From assembly GCA_017625695.1 (NCBI GenBank), contig JAGAKI010000008.1, forward strand, positions 16,331-80,330: a stretch of DNA of 64,000 nucleotides. Direction: 5' to 3'. The notes under the pieces were generated by a model. The model did no database searches. It was not told where the DNA came from and worked only from the letters and a program-made list of their open reading frames with translations. This DNA comes from Clostridia bacterium (GTDB lineage Bacteria; Bacillota; Clostridia; UMGS1840). Made by a program: the position numbers and the translations under genes. Positions within the stretch are counted from its first letter, which is position 1, and every line of letters begins with the position of its first letter. This document shows, one piece after another, positions 1-9,950 of the stretch.

Positions 1-986
1 TCAACCCCGATTTACTCTACTATGGTTCCCAGGACTTCCACGGTGCATATACCAAGGATGGCGGCGAAACCTGGAAACATATCTGGAAAGCAACCGGTTC
101 TCAGGGAGCAGGCTTTGTTTACGGAGCTTATGCCGCTGATGAAAACACTCTGATTTGTCTCGCTTCTACCGAGAAACAGATTGACGGTGTTGGCACAAAT
201 GGCGGTTGGGACGGCGTCCGTGAAATCCGTGTTTCTCGTGACGGCGGTGAAACTTTTGTGAAAACAGGGGTTTATAAGCTTGATAATCATGCTAAAAAAT
301 GGTCAGAACGTTGCTATCAGTCTCCCAACAATCCGGACGTCCTTTTTGCTGCAAATTTCAGAAGTGACGACTATGGTTATACCTGGGAAAAAATGGAAGA
401 TTGCGACGTAGTATATACTCACAATCCGTATGGTGAAAAAGAGCTGTACGGAGCAAAAAAAGATAAGGTTGTTGTTTCTTACGACGACGGCGTAACCTGG
501 GAAGTTGTAACCACTGTTCTGATTCCGAAATCATTTGCAGAAACACCGGAAAAGACAGAGATTTGGGATGTCGCTTATGACGGTGTGAATGATATTTTAT
601 ATTATGTTTCCGGTATCAACAGCGGTGGTGAATATTTTGCCAAGTATGAAAACGGTGTTACCACTGATTTAACCAGCAATATTGTGACCACCTATTACGG
701 CAAACGATTCCAGCTGGTTGAAGTGGACCCCAGATATCCCAATGTTGTATACATTGGCGGTTGTGGCGGTAGTTATATGGAAGAAAACGGCATTCAGCGT
801 TCGGTTGACGGAGCAGAAACCTTCCAGGTATTATCTGCAAACGGACAGGAAAATACAATTGTAAAAAGCGGCCCGGCACACGGATTTTTGGTAAGAGATT
901 TACTGGTACATCCGATCACCGGTGAGCTTTGGGCGATGAACAGTACAAGAGGATGGGCGAAAATTGCACCACCTTATGAAAACTAA
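1..986 (+). CDS. BNR/Asp-box repeat beta-propeller protein (glycosidase-like), 5' end cut by the window edge
   Basis: Frame 3 is open from nt 3 to TAA at 984-986, so the ORF-track Met at 258 is internal. Five Asp-box-like motifs are readable: TKDGGETW, SRDGGETF, SDDYGYTW, SYDDGVTW, SVDGAETF. Confidence 0.75.
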   Translation, partial: NPDLLYYGSQDFHGAYTKDGGETWKHIWKATGSQGAGFVYGAYAADENTLICLASTEKQIDGVGTNGGWDGVREIRVSRDGGETFVKTGVYKLDNHAKKWSERCYQSPNNPDVLFAANFRSDDYGYTWEKMEDCDVVYTHNPYGEKELYGAKKDKVVVSYDDGVTWEVVTTVLIPKSFAETPEKTEIWDVAYDGVNDILYYVSGINSGGEYFAKYENGVTTDLTSNIVTTYYGKRFQLVEVDPRYPNVVYIGGCGGSYMEENGIQRSVDGAETFQVLSANGQENTIVKSGPAHGFLVRDLLVHPITGELWAMNSTRGWAKIAPPYEN

Positions 987-992
987 GGAGGA

Positions 993-3900
993 ATGATGAT
1001 GAAGAGATATATTGCATTGATGATAGCTGCCTTGCTTTGCGTGCAGACTCTTTTGGTGTGCAATGTTGCGTATGCAGCCGTTGAACCTCTTAACAATTTA
1101 ATTGCAAATGGCGATATGGAAGGGGATACTGTTCCCACTGGATGGGCTGTTTCCTCCTCTGCAAGCGGTTCCACACTTTCCATTGTTGCCGATAGTGAAA
1201 ATCCCGACAACAAGGTTCTTAGATTTGACGGAAGTGCCAATACAGGGAGCATTTCCTATTGTTCTAATGCAGTTACTTTAAGAACCGGATATTATTACTC
1301 ATTTAAGATACGTTTGGCTGCTGAAGACACACACCAAAATGTTTATCTTTATACCCAGGTAAATGCTCAGCGTCAAAATAATAATACGGATCGTCCCAAG
1401 CTTAATATCGGAGAATGGATTACTGTTTCCGGATATGTTAGCAGTAACGATCGTAAACTGTCATTTAAAATTGTAAACAACCAGTCAACCTCGAGCGGTA
1501 GTGCCAATGTAACCAATGTGATATACGAGATTGATGATGTTGTAGTATGCGACCCGACTGACGCTGTTGAATTTACACCGGTTATCATTTATGATGGTGC
1601 CACACTGCATTGGGAATCCGGTGTGGTGGAAATGGCGGGCACACAATATGTAAAAGCGGGCAGTGAAGCTTCTTTCACGCTGACTGCACCGCTGGGATAT
1701 GAAATTGGCTCCGTTATGGTGAATGATGATGTGTTGGAAGCGGTTGATGAGGTATATACCTTTACTATTCCCGACGACCTTTCCTGTGTGATTAACATCA
1801 CTACGGTAGCAGATATGGGAATCCCGCACATTTTATCTGTAGACCCCCAGAACTGTAACAACATGGATCCTTGTGATGCAGTTGTAACAGTTGGTTTTGA
1901 CAGAGAGATGGATATTACCTCTATGACAGAAGATAATATTCTGGTAGAGCCTGCTGCCACGTTCAGCGTAGAAGAAGCAGCAGAAGATTATACATATCAT
2001 CTCATTTTTGATGAATTGAGTGAAGGAACAGAGTATTCCATCACTTTTACAAGCGGCGTACAAACAGATGTGCCGATGGGCCTTGAAGAAGAGGTTACTT
2101 ATACCTTTACCACTGCACAGGCTGTTACCAATATCCTTGAAAACGGAGATATGAGTGCAGATACAGATTTGTATTATATTAATTCGGATAACTCTCCTTC
2201 TTACAAAACAATTGGTGACGAACGTGTTCTCTACTGGAAAGTAGGATGGGAAAATGCTCCGATCAGCCAGTATGTTAATGGTGAAAAAAGAGCCGAAAAA
2301 TATCAGCTTTTGCCTGGTCACAAGTATTATTCCGAAGCTAAAATTATGGCAACGAAGGATATCAAGATTGGCTGGCGTCTTATGTATACCACAGAAACCG
2401 ACAGCTCTACTGCACATCCTACATCCATTACTTGGGTAACGGTGAGAGCGGGGGAATGGACCGATATTTCCTATCTGTTTGACCAGATTCCCGCCAACGT
2501 TCTCCCCACATCCCTTGGCTATGCAGTAAGACTGGTAGCAAAAACGGATAGCTATCCCGTTGAGGCATACATAGACGATTGGGGATTATATGATTGTACT
2601 GTTGCACCGGCAGGTATGCCTGAGCTTGTCAGCTCCAGTCCGGCAAATGGTACAACCGATATTGCACCCGGAACATTGGATGTAACCTTAAACTTCGATA
2701 AACCTATGCTTCCGAAAACTGCGAAAAATATTGAGGTGACCAATGCAGATGTGAAAGGCATTGAGTTCTCTGCTGATAAAAAATCCTGCGTTGTATCTTT
2801 AGATGGCATCCGAGTAAACCGTAATATCAATATGACATTAAAAAACCTTTCTTCTATGGCAGGGGAGGAAATGGAGGAACAGGTACTTTCCTTTGCAACA
2901 AGAGAAATCAGTACTGCTACTCCTGTTTTAACCATAACTCCCAATGGTGTAGGAAAAACACATTCAAAGGGATTGAAGATGGTGGTTACTTCTGATTTAC
3001 CCCTCGATGGACCGATTGACAGAGCGTCTGTTACTTCTGTTCCTGCTAATTTGCTTGAAAAGGTTGAATGGTCAGACAGCAATGCTGAAGTAATGAACAT
3101 TGTATTCAACCAGGATGTGTTAACCCCCGGCGGAAGCTACAGTGTAACCCTGTTACCCACAATTAAATCCCAGGCAGGCACAAGCATCAATGAAACAACC
3201 GTATCGTTTGAAACATATACCATCGATGAAACGGTTGCTTTGTACCAGACTTTAATTAGCGGTGGCAGTGAATCAGCCCTTGCAACATTTTTAAATACCA
3301 ATTACGGAGATTTAAATGATGCAGATTCTCTGTTCTCCGAAGTGATTTACACCGATGGTGAATTGCTGTCTCAGTTCATTACCAATCTGCTGAGCACAGG
3401 TGCCAGCGCTACCACAGCAGAAGAAATTGCAACTAATGTTTGGAAAACTTCACTTCTGACCATTGCGAATGAGTCCAATGATGCAAGTGTTGTGAACAAA
3501 TCTGTGGATAGTATTTTGAGCCAGGCAGACAAAACCGGGCTTGCAGATACGTACAGCGATGTTCTTACACAAGCTACGAAAGATGAATTGGTACAGAATA
3601 TTTTGCAAAAACCGGACGATTTTGAAGATGTAGAAGAATATATCCACTTTGTAGAAGAAGAAATTATTTTGAATGCATTCAGAAATTCAAACGGTTGGGA
3701 AACAGTCAAGAAAATTTTCAATGATAACAAAGACTTCTTTGCGCCTGCAACCAAAACATTGATTGATAAAGTAAACCACTCTGCGTATGCAACAAAAATC
3801 TACAATCGTCTTCAGGGAATGAATGCAGCTGACGAGAGTCAGGTATATGCCTTATTAAAAGCGGCATATGAAAAAGATTACGCAGGCGGAACTACCGGCG

Positions 3901-4550
3901 GCACCACAGGCAGCGGCAGCAGCGGTGGCTCAGGAGCTGTTGTAGCGGTTCCGATTGGAGGTTCCGAAAAAGATAGTATCAGCGAAAAGAAAGCAAGCTT
4001 TCAAGATGTATCTTCTGTGCCTTGGGCAGTTGATGCCATTGAGTATTTATATGACTTGAAGGTTATCAACGGGAAAGCTCAGGATATGTTTTATCCCCAA
4101 GACTTTGTGAAACGAGAAGAATTTGTAAAAATGATTGCGATTGCAGCCAACATTCCGCTGACCGAACAGCCTGTTAAATATACTGATGTTTCAGAAAGCG
4201 ATTGGTTTTATCCGTATGTAGCTGCTGCATCCGGCTATGGATTGGTCAATGGTATCGGCAATAACGTTTATGGCGTGGGACAAAATATTACCCGTCAGGA
4301 TATTGCAGTTTTGTGCAGTCGATTACTTGTGAATGCAGAGGAACCTTTGAAGGATGAAATCGTGAATTTTGCTGATAACGATAAAATAAGTGACTATGCA
4401 GCAAAAGCGGTAGAAAAAGTGGCGTATTTAGGACTTATGATCGGAAACGAAAACCTTGAATTTTCTCCGCAGGAATATGCTACACGTGCGGAAACCGCAG
4501 TTATTTTGCAAAGATTAGTTGCTCTGTTAAATCAGTATGGCACAAATTAG
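993..4550 (+). CDS. SLH-anchored cell-surface protein with CBM-like and Ig-like domains (1185 aa)
   Basis: AGGAGG precedes the ATG. There is an N-terminal signal peptide (ALMIAALLCVQTLLVCNVAYA). Two NGDME/NGDMS segments look like CBM4/9-type modules. SbsA-type Ig-like segments follow, then a Gly/Thr/Ser linker (GGTTGGTTGSGSSGGSG). Three C-terminal SLH repeats are readable (FQDVSSVPWAVDAIEYL..., YTDVSESDWFYPYVAAA..., FADNDKISDYAAKAVEKV...). Confidence 0.85.
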   Translation: MMMKRYIALMIAALLCVQTLLVCNVAYAAVEPLNNLIANGDMEGDTVPTGWAVSSSASGSTLSIVADSENPDNKVLRFDGSANTGSISYCSNAVTLRTGYYYSFKIRLAAEDTHQNVYLYTQVNAQRQNNNTDRPKLNIGEWITVSGYVSSNDRKLSFKIVNNQSTSSGSANVTNVIYEIDDVVVCDPTDAVEFTPVIIYDGATLHWESGVVEMAGTQYVKAGSEASFTLTAPLGYEIGSVMVNDDVLEAVDEVYTFTIPDDLSCVINITTVADMGIPHILSVDPQNCNNMDPCDAVVTVGFDREMDITSMTEDNILVEPAATFSVEEAAEDYTYHLIFDELSEGTEYSITFTSGVQTDVPMGLEEEVTYTFTTAQAVTNILENGDMSADTDLYYINSDNSPSYKTIGDERVLYWKVGWENAPISQYVNGEKRAEKYQLLPGHKYYSEAKIMATKDIKIGWRLMYTTETDSSTAHPTSITWVTVRAGEWTDISYLFDQIPANVLPTSLGYAVRLVAKTDSYPVEAYIDDWGLYDCTVAPAGMPELVSSSPANGTTDIAPGTLDVTLNFDKPMLPKTAKNIEVTNADVKGIEFSADKKSCVVSLDGIRVNRNINMTLKNLSSMAGEEMEEQVLSFATREISTATPVLTITPNGVGKTHSKGLKMVVTSDLPLDGPIDRASVTSVPANLLEKVEWSDSNAEVMNIVFNQDVLTPGGSYSVTLLPTIKSQAGTSINETTVSFETYTIDETVALYQTLISGGSESALATFLNTNYGDLNDADSLFSEVIYTDGELLSQFITNLLSTGASATTAEEIATNVWKTSLLTIANESNDASVVNKSVDSILSQADKTGLADTYSDVLTQATKDELVQNILQKPDDFEDVEEYIHFVEEEIILNAFRNSNGWETVKKIFNDNKDFFAPATKTLIDKVNHSAYATKIYNRLQGMNAADESQVYALLKAAYEKDYAGGTTGGTTGSGSSGGSGAVVAVPIGGSEKDSISEKKASFQDVSSVPWAVDAIEYLYDLKVINGKAQDMFYPQDFVKREEFVKMIAIAANIPLTEQPVKYTDVSESDWFYPYVAAASGYGLVNGIGNNVYGVGQNITRQDIAVLCSRLLVNAEEPLKDEIVNFADNDKISDYAAKAVEKVAYLGLMIGNENLEFSPQEYATRAETAVILQRLVALLNQYGTN

Positions 4551-4568
4551 GATAGGAGGTAGCACATT

Positions 4569-7500
4569 TTGAATATGAAAAGATTAATATCCTGGATTCT
4601 TTGTTTTGCTTTATGTTTTTCAAATATTGTCGCTGTAGTTTCTGCAGAAGACACAGCGGAATCCGGGGTAGCTATTGTTTCTACAACTCCTGAGGATGGT
4701 AGTATGGGTATCACGCCGATGGGTACCCAAATGGAAGTGATATTCAATATGCCTATGGATGCAGCTTCCTTATCAAAATCAACGGTATCTTCAGAGCCCA
4801 GTGCAATCAGTGCTGTTGTGCTTGATGAGAAAAACCCTACACGTTGTATCATTTATTTTTCAGCATTGGAACTGGATACAGAATATAAAATCATGTTTTC
4901 CAAACAGATAAAATCTGTTTCCGGAGAGAGATTAGCAAAGACTGATATTTCTTTTCGCACTTCTGCGGAATATCCCAAGCATCACCAGGTTGTGAACGGC
5001 GATATGGAGGATAAAACCCATCTGAATATGTTTGAACTTGCCGGAGCTTCCAGCAAGGCGGTATCTTATGTCAATGAAGGCGAAAATTCAGTTCTGAAAT
5101 TTGATCCTCAATGGGCAGGTGCTCCCGTAGGGCAAAATGTTTATATTGAACCTGGGAAGACTTATGAAGTGCGTGCAAAAATTAAATCTACAACTTCCCA
5201 AATGGTTCGTGTGATTATGAGTTATGTATCACTTTCTGAGGGCGCAAGCAATTGGTGGCATCCGATTGTTTCGAAAACACTCACGCCGGATGAATGGGTT
5301 GAGTTTACGGGAAGCGTTACAATTCCGGCAGACTTATCGTATGACCATATCAGACAGCTTCGTATTACTGCCGCGAATAAAAACGAAGTCATTTACGTTG
5401 ATGATTGGCAATTTTTTGAAACCGGATATGATGTGCCTATTCCAAAGGTAGTTGTTGCCGGAGAAAAACAAACAAAAACTTATGTTTCATCCGGTGTTGA
5501 CGAGGCACTCGAGCTGATGATTGGTATGGAGCTTTTTGATGAGAAAGTTTTAGAGAAAAAGGATGCCTACATTTCACGTATGGATGCAGCTGTGGCACTC
5601 GGAAAATTTATGAATTGGATATCCGCTGATTCCAAGGGAAGCACCTTTGTGGATTTAGCCGGCGTGAAAAATGCGGGGATGGTATCTTCACTGGCAGATC
5701 AGGGAATTATTTTAGGCTATGGTAAATACTTTTATCCCAATAACAACATTTCATACAGCGATGTGATCAAGGCAGTTTCGACGATCCTTGGCTATGATAT
5801 GATGTTGCAGGAATATGGCTATGTTTATACTGCATCCAGATTGAACTTAAATACAGGTGTTTTGAAAACATCGGGGAGCATTACATACAGCGAATTTGCA
5901 AAAATTATCTCCAATGCAGCAGATGTAGCTGTTATGGATAATGACGGAAACGGAAAATATACCATTTCCTACCAAAAAGCACGGGATGTATTTTTGAGAA
6001 TTTATAAAGGAAAAGGGATTATTTCAGCTACAGAATACTCTGATCTTTATGGCATCGAAACCGCAAGTGACGCTCATGTTATCATAAACGATGAGCAGTA
6101 CAAGGTTACCTGCGATACCTACGGATGGGAAGGCAGAAATGTTGAGTATTATTACAAGGTTGAAAACGATGAAAAAATCATCGTGCATATCGCAGGCTTA
6201 TCTTCATTGAACCATATTCTCACACTTGACTATGCTGATATTTCCAGCTATTCCTCAAACAAATATTATTACTACGATGCGAATGAGAATATTAAAACAG
6301 CACGAGTTGTTAGCAATAAAAAGTTTATCTATAACGGAAAAGCACTAAGCAGATATACCGTTGATGATATGAAGCCATCCTACGGAAATGTACAACTGAT
6401 TGATAATAACAGAGATGGTGTGTATGATATTGTGCGTGTGGAGAATCTTGACACATATGTTGTGCACGCAGTGAATCATACTGAGTATAAGATTTATGAT
6501 GAATATGAAACAAAGACTCTCGATTTGGGAAACAGTAACAAAATTATTGTGGAAGAAAACGGCGAATCTTCAAAGTTTGGAAATATTACTATCGGCAGCG
6601 TGGTGAGTGCAGCTGTTAGTAAAGATAATAGTGTTGCAAAGCTCTATCTGTCCAAAACAACATTAGAGGGAAGTATTGGCGAGTTCCAAGACAACACAAC
6701 AGAAATTGAAATGTCGATCTATGATGAAATTCATCAGGCAGGAATCAAAAAAACATTCCAATTACATCCGTTATACCAAGGGGCATACAATGCACGTACA
6801 AATGCAGACAACTTCATAGGTGAGAATGTTGTTGTGTTATTCGATTACACTGGATGTGCTGTAGCCGTTAATTTCGTAGGCGGCTCCGCTTGGAAGTGGG
6901 CTTATCTTCTTGAAGCAAAACTGATCAATAAAAGTTTTGATTACGAAGTGTTATTTAAAATCTTTTCCGAAGAAGGAGTACATTCGATCACTCCTGCTGC
7001 ACAGGTTGTTCGTGTGAACGGTATTCCGAAAAAGGCCGAAAAAATCATTGAGGCATTGGAAAACGGGGCGGCACAAATGCTCAGAATCCGCTTTAATTCA
7101 AACGGAGAAATTTCAGAAGTGGTAACAGCCGGCTCTGAGGAAAAGAATCTGAAGAAATTTACAGGATCTAATTACACTTATTTTTCTACAATAAGGTCGT
7201 TAGGATACAAGGTGGCATTAACAGATACCTCAATTCCTGTTTTTTCGGTGCCGAGCAGTTTAAGTGGTGCTGAGGATTATCAGTTTGTTTGCAGTACAGC
7301 AAGTTCTTATTTGATTAATGAGAAAAAATACAATTTCGAAGCATACTCTTGTGATGGTAATGATCTGAATGTAGAATGTATTGTATTAAAAGACCGTGAG
7401 GTGAAAAATACAGATTCCTGGAACATTGGCGTGATTACCCAGATTGTTGATACCATTGACGAAGATGGTGAAGTGTATCAAAAGATTACTGTACAGAATT

Positions 7501-7988
7501 CTTCCTCAAATTACACCGCAAAGGTTTATGCAGACCGGATTGATATCACAAATCTTGCCGGTGCTGCAACAGGATCCGGTTTGACAGCAAGATTGGGTGA
7601 TATTGTGATGTATCAGAATAACGCTCAAGGATTGGTTAACACCATGAAATTGCTTTATAGCGCAAGCGGCACAGGAACCTTATACACAAGTTCCAATCCG
7701 AGCGGTACCGCAGGGAGTGCCTACAGAGCTGTAGCAGGAAAAGTGCTGTTAAATCAAAACGGATATATCCAGTTGCTTCCTCATAACATGGAAGACAACG
7801 CTGAAAACTATGAAGTATTCAATGCCGGACAGTATTCTAAGGTGTTATGTGTAGATAGCACAGCAGGAAACAAAGTGAGCACTGTGCAGACAACTGAGAT
7901 CTATGATAGAACCTGTTCTGATGACGGGGTTAATATCGTGGTTGTAAGCGCTTGGGGCGGAGCAACCTTGATGGTAATTTACCGTTAA
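4569..7988 (+). CDS. large secreted surface protein with Ig-like, CBM-like and an internal SLH-like segment (1139 aa)
   Basis: TTG start lies 9 nt after AGGAGG (4554-4559), and a signal peptide is present (ILCFALCFSNIVAVVSAED). An NGDMED CBM-like module follows. An SLH-like stretch (FVDLAGVKNAGMVSSLADQGIILGYGKYFYPNNNISYSDVIKAV) sits mid-protein. The ~700-aa C-terminal region has no motif I recognise. Confidence 0.8.
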   Translation: MNMKRLISWILCFALCFSNIVAVVSAEDTAESGVAIVSTTPEDGSMGITPMGTQMEVIFNMPMDAASLSKSTVSSEPSAISAVVLDEKNPTRCIIYFSALELDTEYKIMFSKQIKSVSGERLAKTDISFRTSAEYPKHHQVVNGDMEDKTHLNMFELAGASSKAVSYVNEGENSVLKFDPQWAGAPVGQNVYIEPGKTYEVRAKIKSTTSQMVRVIMSYVSLSEGASNWWHPIVSKTLTPDEWVEFTGSVTIPADLSYDHIRQLRITAANKNEVIYVDDWQFFETGYDVPIPKVVVAGEKQTKTYVSSGVDEALELMIGMELFDEKVLEKKDAYISRMDAAVALGKFMNWISADSKGSTFVDLAGVKNAGMVSSLADQGIILGYGKYFYPNNNISYSDVIKAVSTILGYDMMLQEYGYVYTASRLNLNTGVLKTSGSITYSEFAKIISNAADVAVMDNDGNGKYTISYQKARDVFLRIYKGKGIISATEYSDLYGIETASDAHVIINDEQYKVTCDTYGWEGRNVEYYYKVENDEKIIVHIAGLSSLNHILTLDYADISSYSSNKYYYYDANENIKTARVVSNKKFIYNGKALSRYTVDDMKPSYGNVQLIDNNRDGVYDIVRVENLDTYVVHAVNHTEYKIYDEYETKTLDLGNSNKIIVEENGESSKFGNITIGSVVSAAVSKDNSVAKLYLSKTTLEGSIGEFQDNTTEIEMSIYDEIHQAGIKKTFQLHPLYQGAYNARTNADNFIGENVVVLFDYTGCAVAVNFVGGSAWKWAYLLEAKLINKSFDYEVLFKIFSEEGVHSITPAAQVVRVNGIPKKAEKIIEALENGAAQMLRIRFNSNGEISEVVTAGSEEKNLKKFTGSNYTYFSTIRSLGYKVALTDTSIPVFSVPSSLSGAEDYQFVCSTASSYLINEKKYNFEAYSCDGNDLNVECIVLKDREVKNTDSWNIGVITQIVDTIDEDGEVYQKITVQNSSSNYTAKVYADRIDITNLAGAATGSGLTARLGDIVMYQNNAQGLVNTMKLLYSASGTGTLYTSSNPSGTAGSAYRAVAGKVLLNQNGYIQLLPHNMEDNAENYEVFNAGQYSKVLCVDSTAGNKVSTVQTTEIYDRTCSDDGVNIVVVSAWGGATLMVIYR

Positions 7989-8040
7989 AAAACAGTTAAT
8001 TGGAAATTAAGAAAAGACTCATATGGAGGAAGTTAAAACA

Positions 8041-9018
8041 ATGAAGGCAGTATTGATTGAAAATAAAACACTTGTGTTGTCAGAAGTTGAAAAGCCGCAG
8101 CCGCGTGAGGGTGAGTTACTGATCAAAATCTATGCAGCAGCATTAAATCGTGCAGATTTATTACAGCGTGACGGAAAATATCCGTCACCTGTAGGCTGGC
8201 CGCAGTGGCCCGGACTTGAAATCGCAGGTGTGGTGGAAAGTATCGGACCTGACACTGATTGCAAGTTTAAAGTGGGAGACAAGGTGTGTGCGCTGTTAGG
8301 CGGCGGTGGATATGCGGAATACATTTGTGTTCCGCACGGTATGGTTATGCCTATGCCCGAAAATCTGACCTTTGAACAGGCGGCTACTCTTCCCGAAGCT
8401 TATGCAACTTCCTATTTAAACCTTTACATTGAAGGGCATTTAAAACCCGGTCAGACAGCATTTATTCCCGCAGGTGCTTCCGGTATCGCAAGTGTTGCAA
8501 TACCGATGGCAAAAGCACTCGGTTCCAGAGTAATTACTTCTGTTTTATCTGATGAAATTGCTGAAAAAATCAAACATTTAGGTGCTGATATTATTATCAA
8601 CTCCGTGACTCAGGATGTTTCCGAAGTTTTAAAGAAGGAAGCAGAAAATGGTCGTCCTGTTAGTGTTGCGTTGGATTGTCTGTGCGGAGAAACTTTAGGA
8701 AAATCTCTGCCCTATATGGCAGAAGGGGGATACTGGGTTATCATTTCCACTCTTGCAGGAGCTGAGACAACCGTACAATTAAGACCGCTTCTCCAAAAAG
8801 GTGTTCACCTTGTAGGTAGTATGTTAAGAAAGAGATCTGTTGAAGAAAAAACAGAAATTCTTTCCAAGCTGGTTGAAGTGGTTTGGCCGAAAATTGAATC
8901 CGGTGAAATGGTTCCGTCTATCTACGAAGTTTTGCCTTTGGAAAAAGCAGATGAAGCTGTTCGTATCTTAGAAGCAAGCAATCACATCGGAAAGGTCGTT
9001 CTGAGTGTATGCAAATAG
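8041..9018 (+). CDS. NAD(P)H:quinone oxidoreductase / zeta-crystallin-type MDR oxidoreductase
   Basis: MDR-family hallmarks are present (AAALNRADLLQRDGKYPSP, GLEIAGVV, Rossmann AGASGIASVA). I prefer the ATG at 8041 (GGAGG upstream) to the ORF-track ATG at 8023, but the start is uncertain. Confidence 0.8.
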   Translation: MKAVLIENKTLVLSEVEKPQPREGELLIKIYAAALNRADLLQRDGKYPSPVGWPQWPGLEIAGVVESIGPDTDCKFKVGDKVCALLGGGGYAEYICVPHGMVMPMPENLTFEQAATLPEAYATSYLNLYIEGHLKPGQTAFIPAGASGIASVAIPMAKALGSRVITSVLSDEIAEKIKHLGADIIINSVTQDVSEVLKKEAENGRPVSVALDCLCGETLGKSLPYMAEGGYWVIISTLAGAETTVQLRPLLQKGVHLVGSMLRKRSVEEKTEILSKLVEVVWPKIESGEMVPSIYEVLPLEKADEAVRILEASNHIGKVVLSVCK

Positions 9019-9950
9019 TCTCAAAAATTAAAGCCCAAATGAAGAAAAGTGAATTGAAATACATCTGTTTAGTATTGTTGGTAATGCTGATGTGGGGATT
9101 CTTATATCCGGCTGTAAAGTTCGGATATAAGGTCCTCGCCATTGATACCTCCAGTCCGGCGCAGATTCTGATGTTTGCAGGTATTCGGTTTTTTGTTTGT
9201 GGCACCGTAATTACTTTGGTTGCTTTATTGACCAAAAAAGGAACAAACAATGTAAAAAGCAGCATTTTCCCTATTTTATGTATGGGGTTATTAGGGATTG
9301 CGGTTCATTACTCTCTCACCTATATCGGACTCACATCGGTAGATAGTTCCAAAACAGCCATTTTGAAAAAAGTGGGAGAACTGTTTTACATTTGTTTTGC
9401 CTTTCTGATCGTGCGTGAAGAAGAATTCAGAATTACCAAGGTAATCGGCTCTTTGATCGGATTTGCAGGGGTGATAGCACTCAATATCACACCGGAAGGA
9501 AAAGTAAGCTTTTCCTGGGGCGATGGAATGATTATTCTGGCATCCTTATCCGGTATCGGTGCAAGTTTACTTTGCAAAAAGGCAATCAAAAAGATCAACC
9601 CGATTATGGTGACGGGATTATCCCAATTGTTTGGTGGTCTTGTGTTGATTGGATTGGCAAAACTACTGAATGCACCGCAGATTTCATTTACCTTTGAGGG
9701 TGTAATGATGCTAAGCTGTATCTGCCTGGTTTCTATCCTCTCGTATTGTATCTGGTATTATGCGATGGGAAAGGTAATGCTTTCAAAGATGTATATTTTG
9801 AAATTTGTGGAACCGTTTTTTGCATGTATCTTCGGTGCAATGATGCTGAACGAAAACATCTTTACATTACAATACCTTTTTGCCTTTATCCTGATTATTA
9901 CAGGGGTTCTGATTGGTGTGAATAACAAGTCAAGGGAAGGAAAAATATGA
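9009..9950 (+). CDS. EamA/DMT-family transporter
   Basis: About 10 predicted TM helices in two halves typical of duplicated EamA domains. It overlaps the upstream stop by 10 nt and the downstream start by ATGA. Confidence 0.8.
   Translation: MQIVSKIKAQMKKSELKYICLVLLVMLMWGFLYPAVKFGYKVLAIDTSSPAQILMFAGIRFFVCGTVITLVALLTKKGTNNVKSSIFPILCMGLLGIAVHYSLTYIGLTSVDSSKTAILKKVGELFYICFAFLIVREEEFRITKVIGSLIGFAGVIALNITPEGKVSFSWGDGMIILASLSGIGASLLCKKAIKKINPIMVTGLSQLFGGLVLIGLAKLLNAPQISFTFEGVMMLSCICLVSILSYCIWYYAMGKVMLSKMYILKFVEPFFACIFGAMMLNENIFTLQYLFAFILIITGVLIGVNNKSREGKI

Noticed and set aside
1373-3754. Several 114-194-aa antisense ORFs inside the first SLH gene (for example 1833-2417 and 2552-3109), with similar antisense ORFs in other long genes (31406-31774, 32484-32930)
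   Set aside because: They are fully nested opposite strongly coding genes, have no RBS, and give low-complexity or Cys/Phe-rich translations typical of antisense frames.
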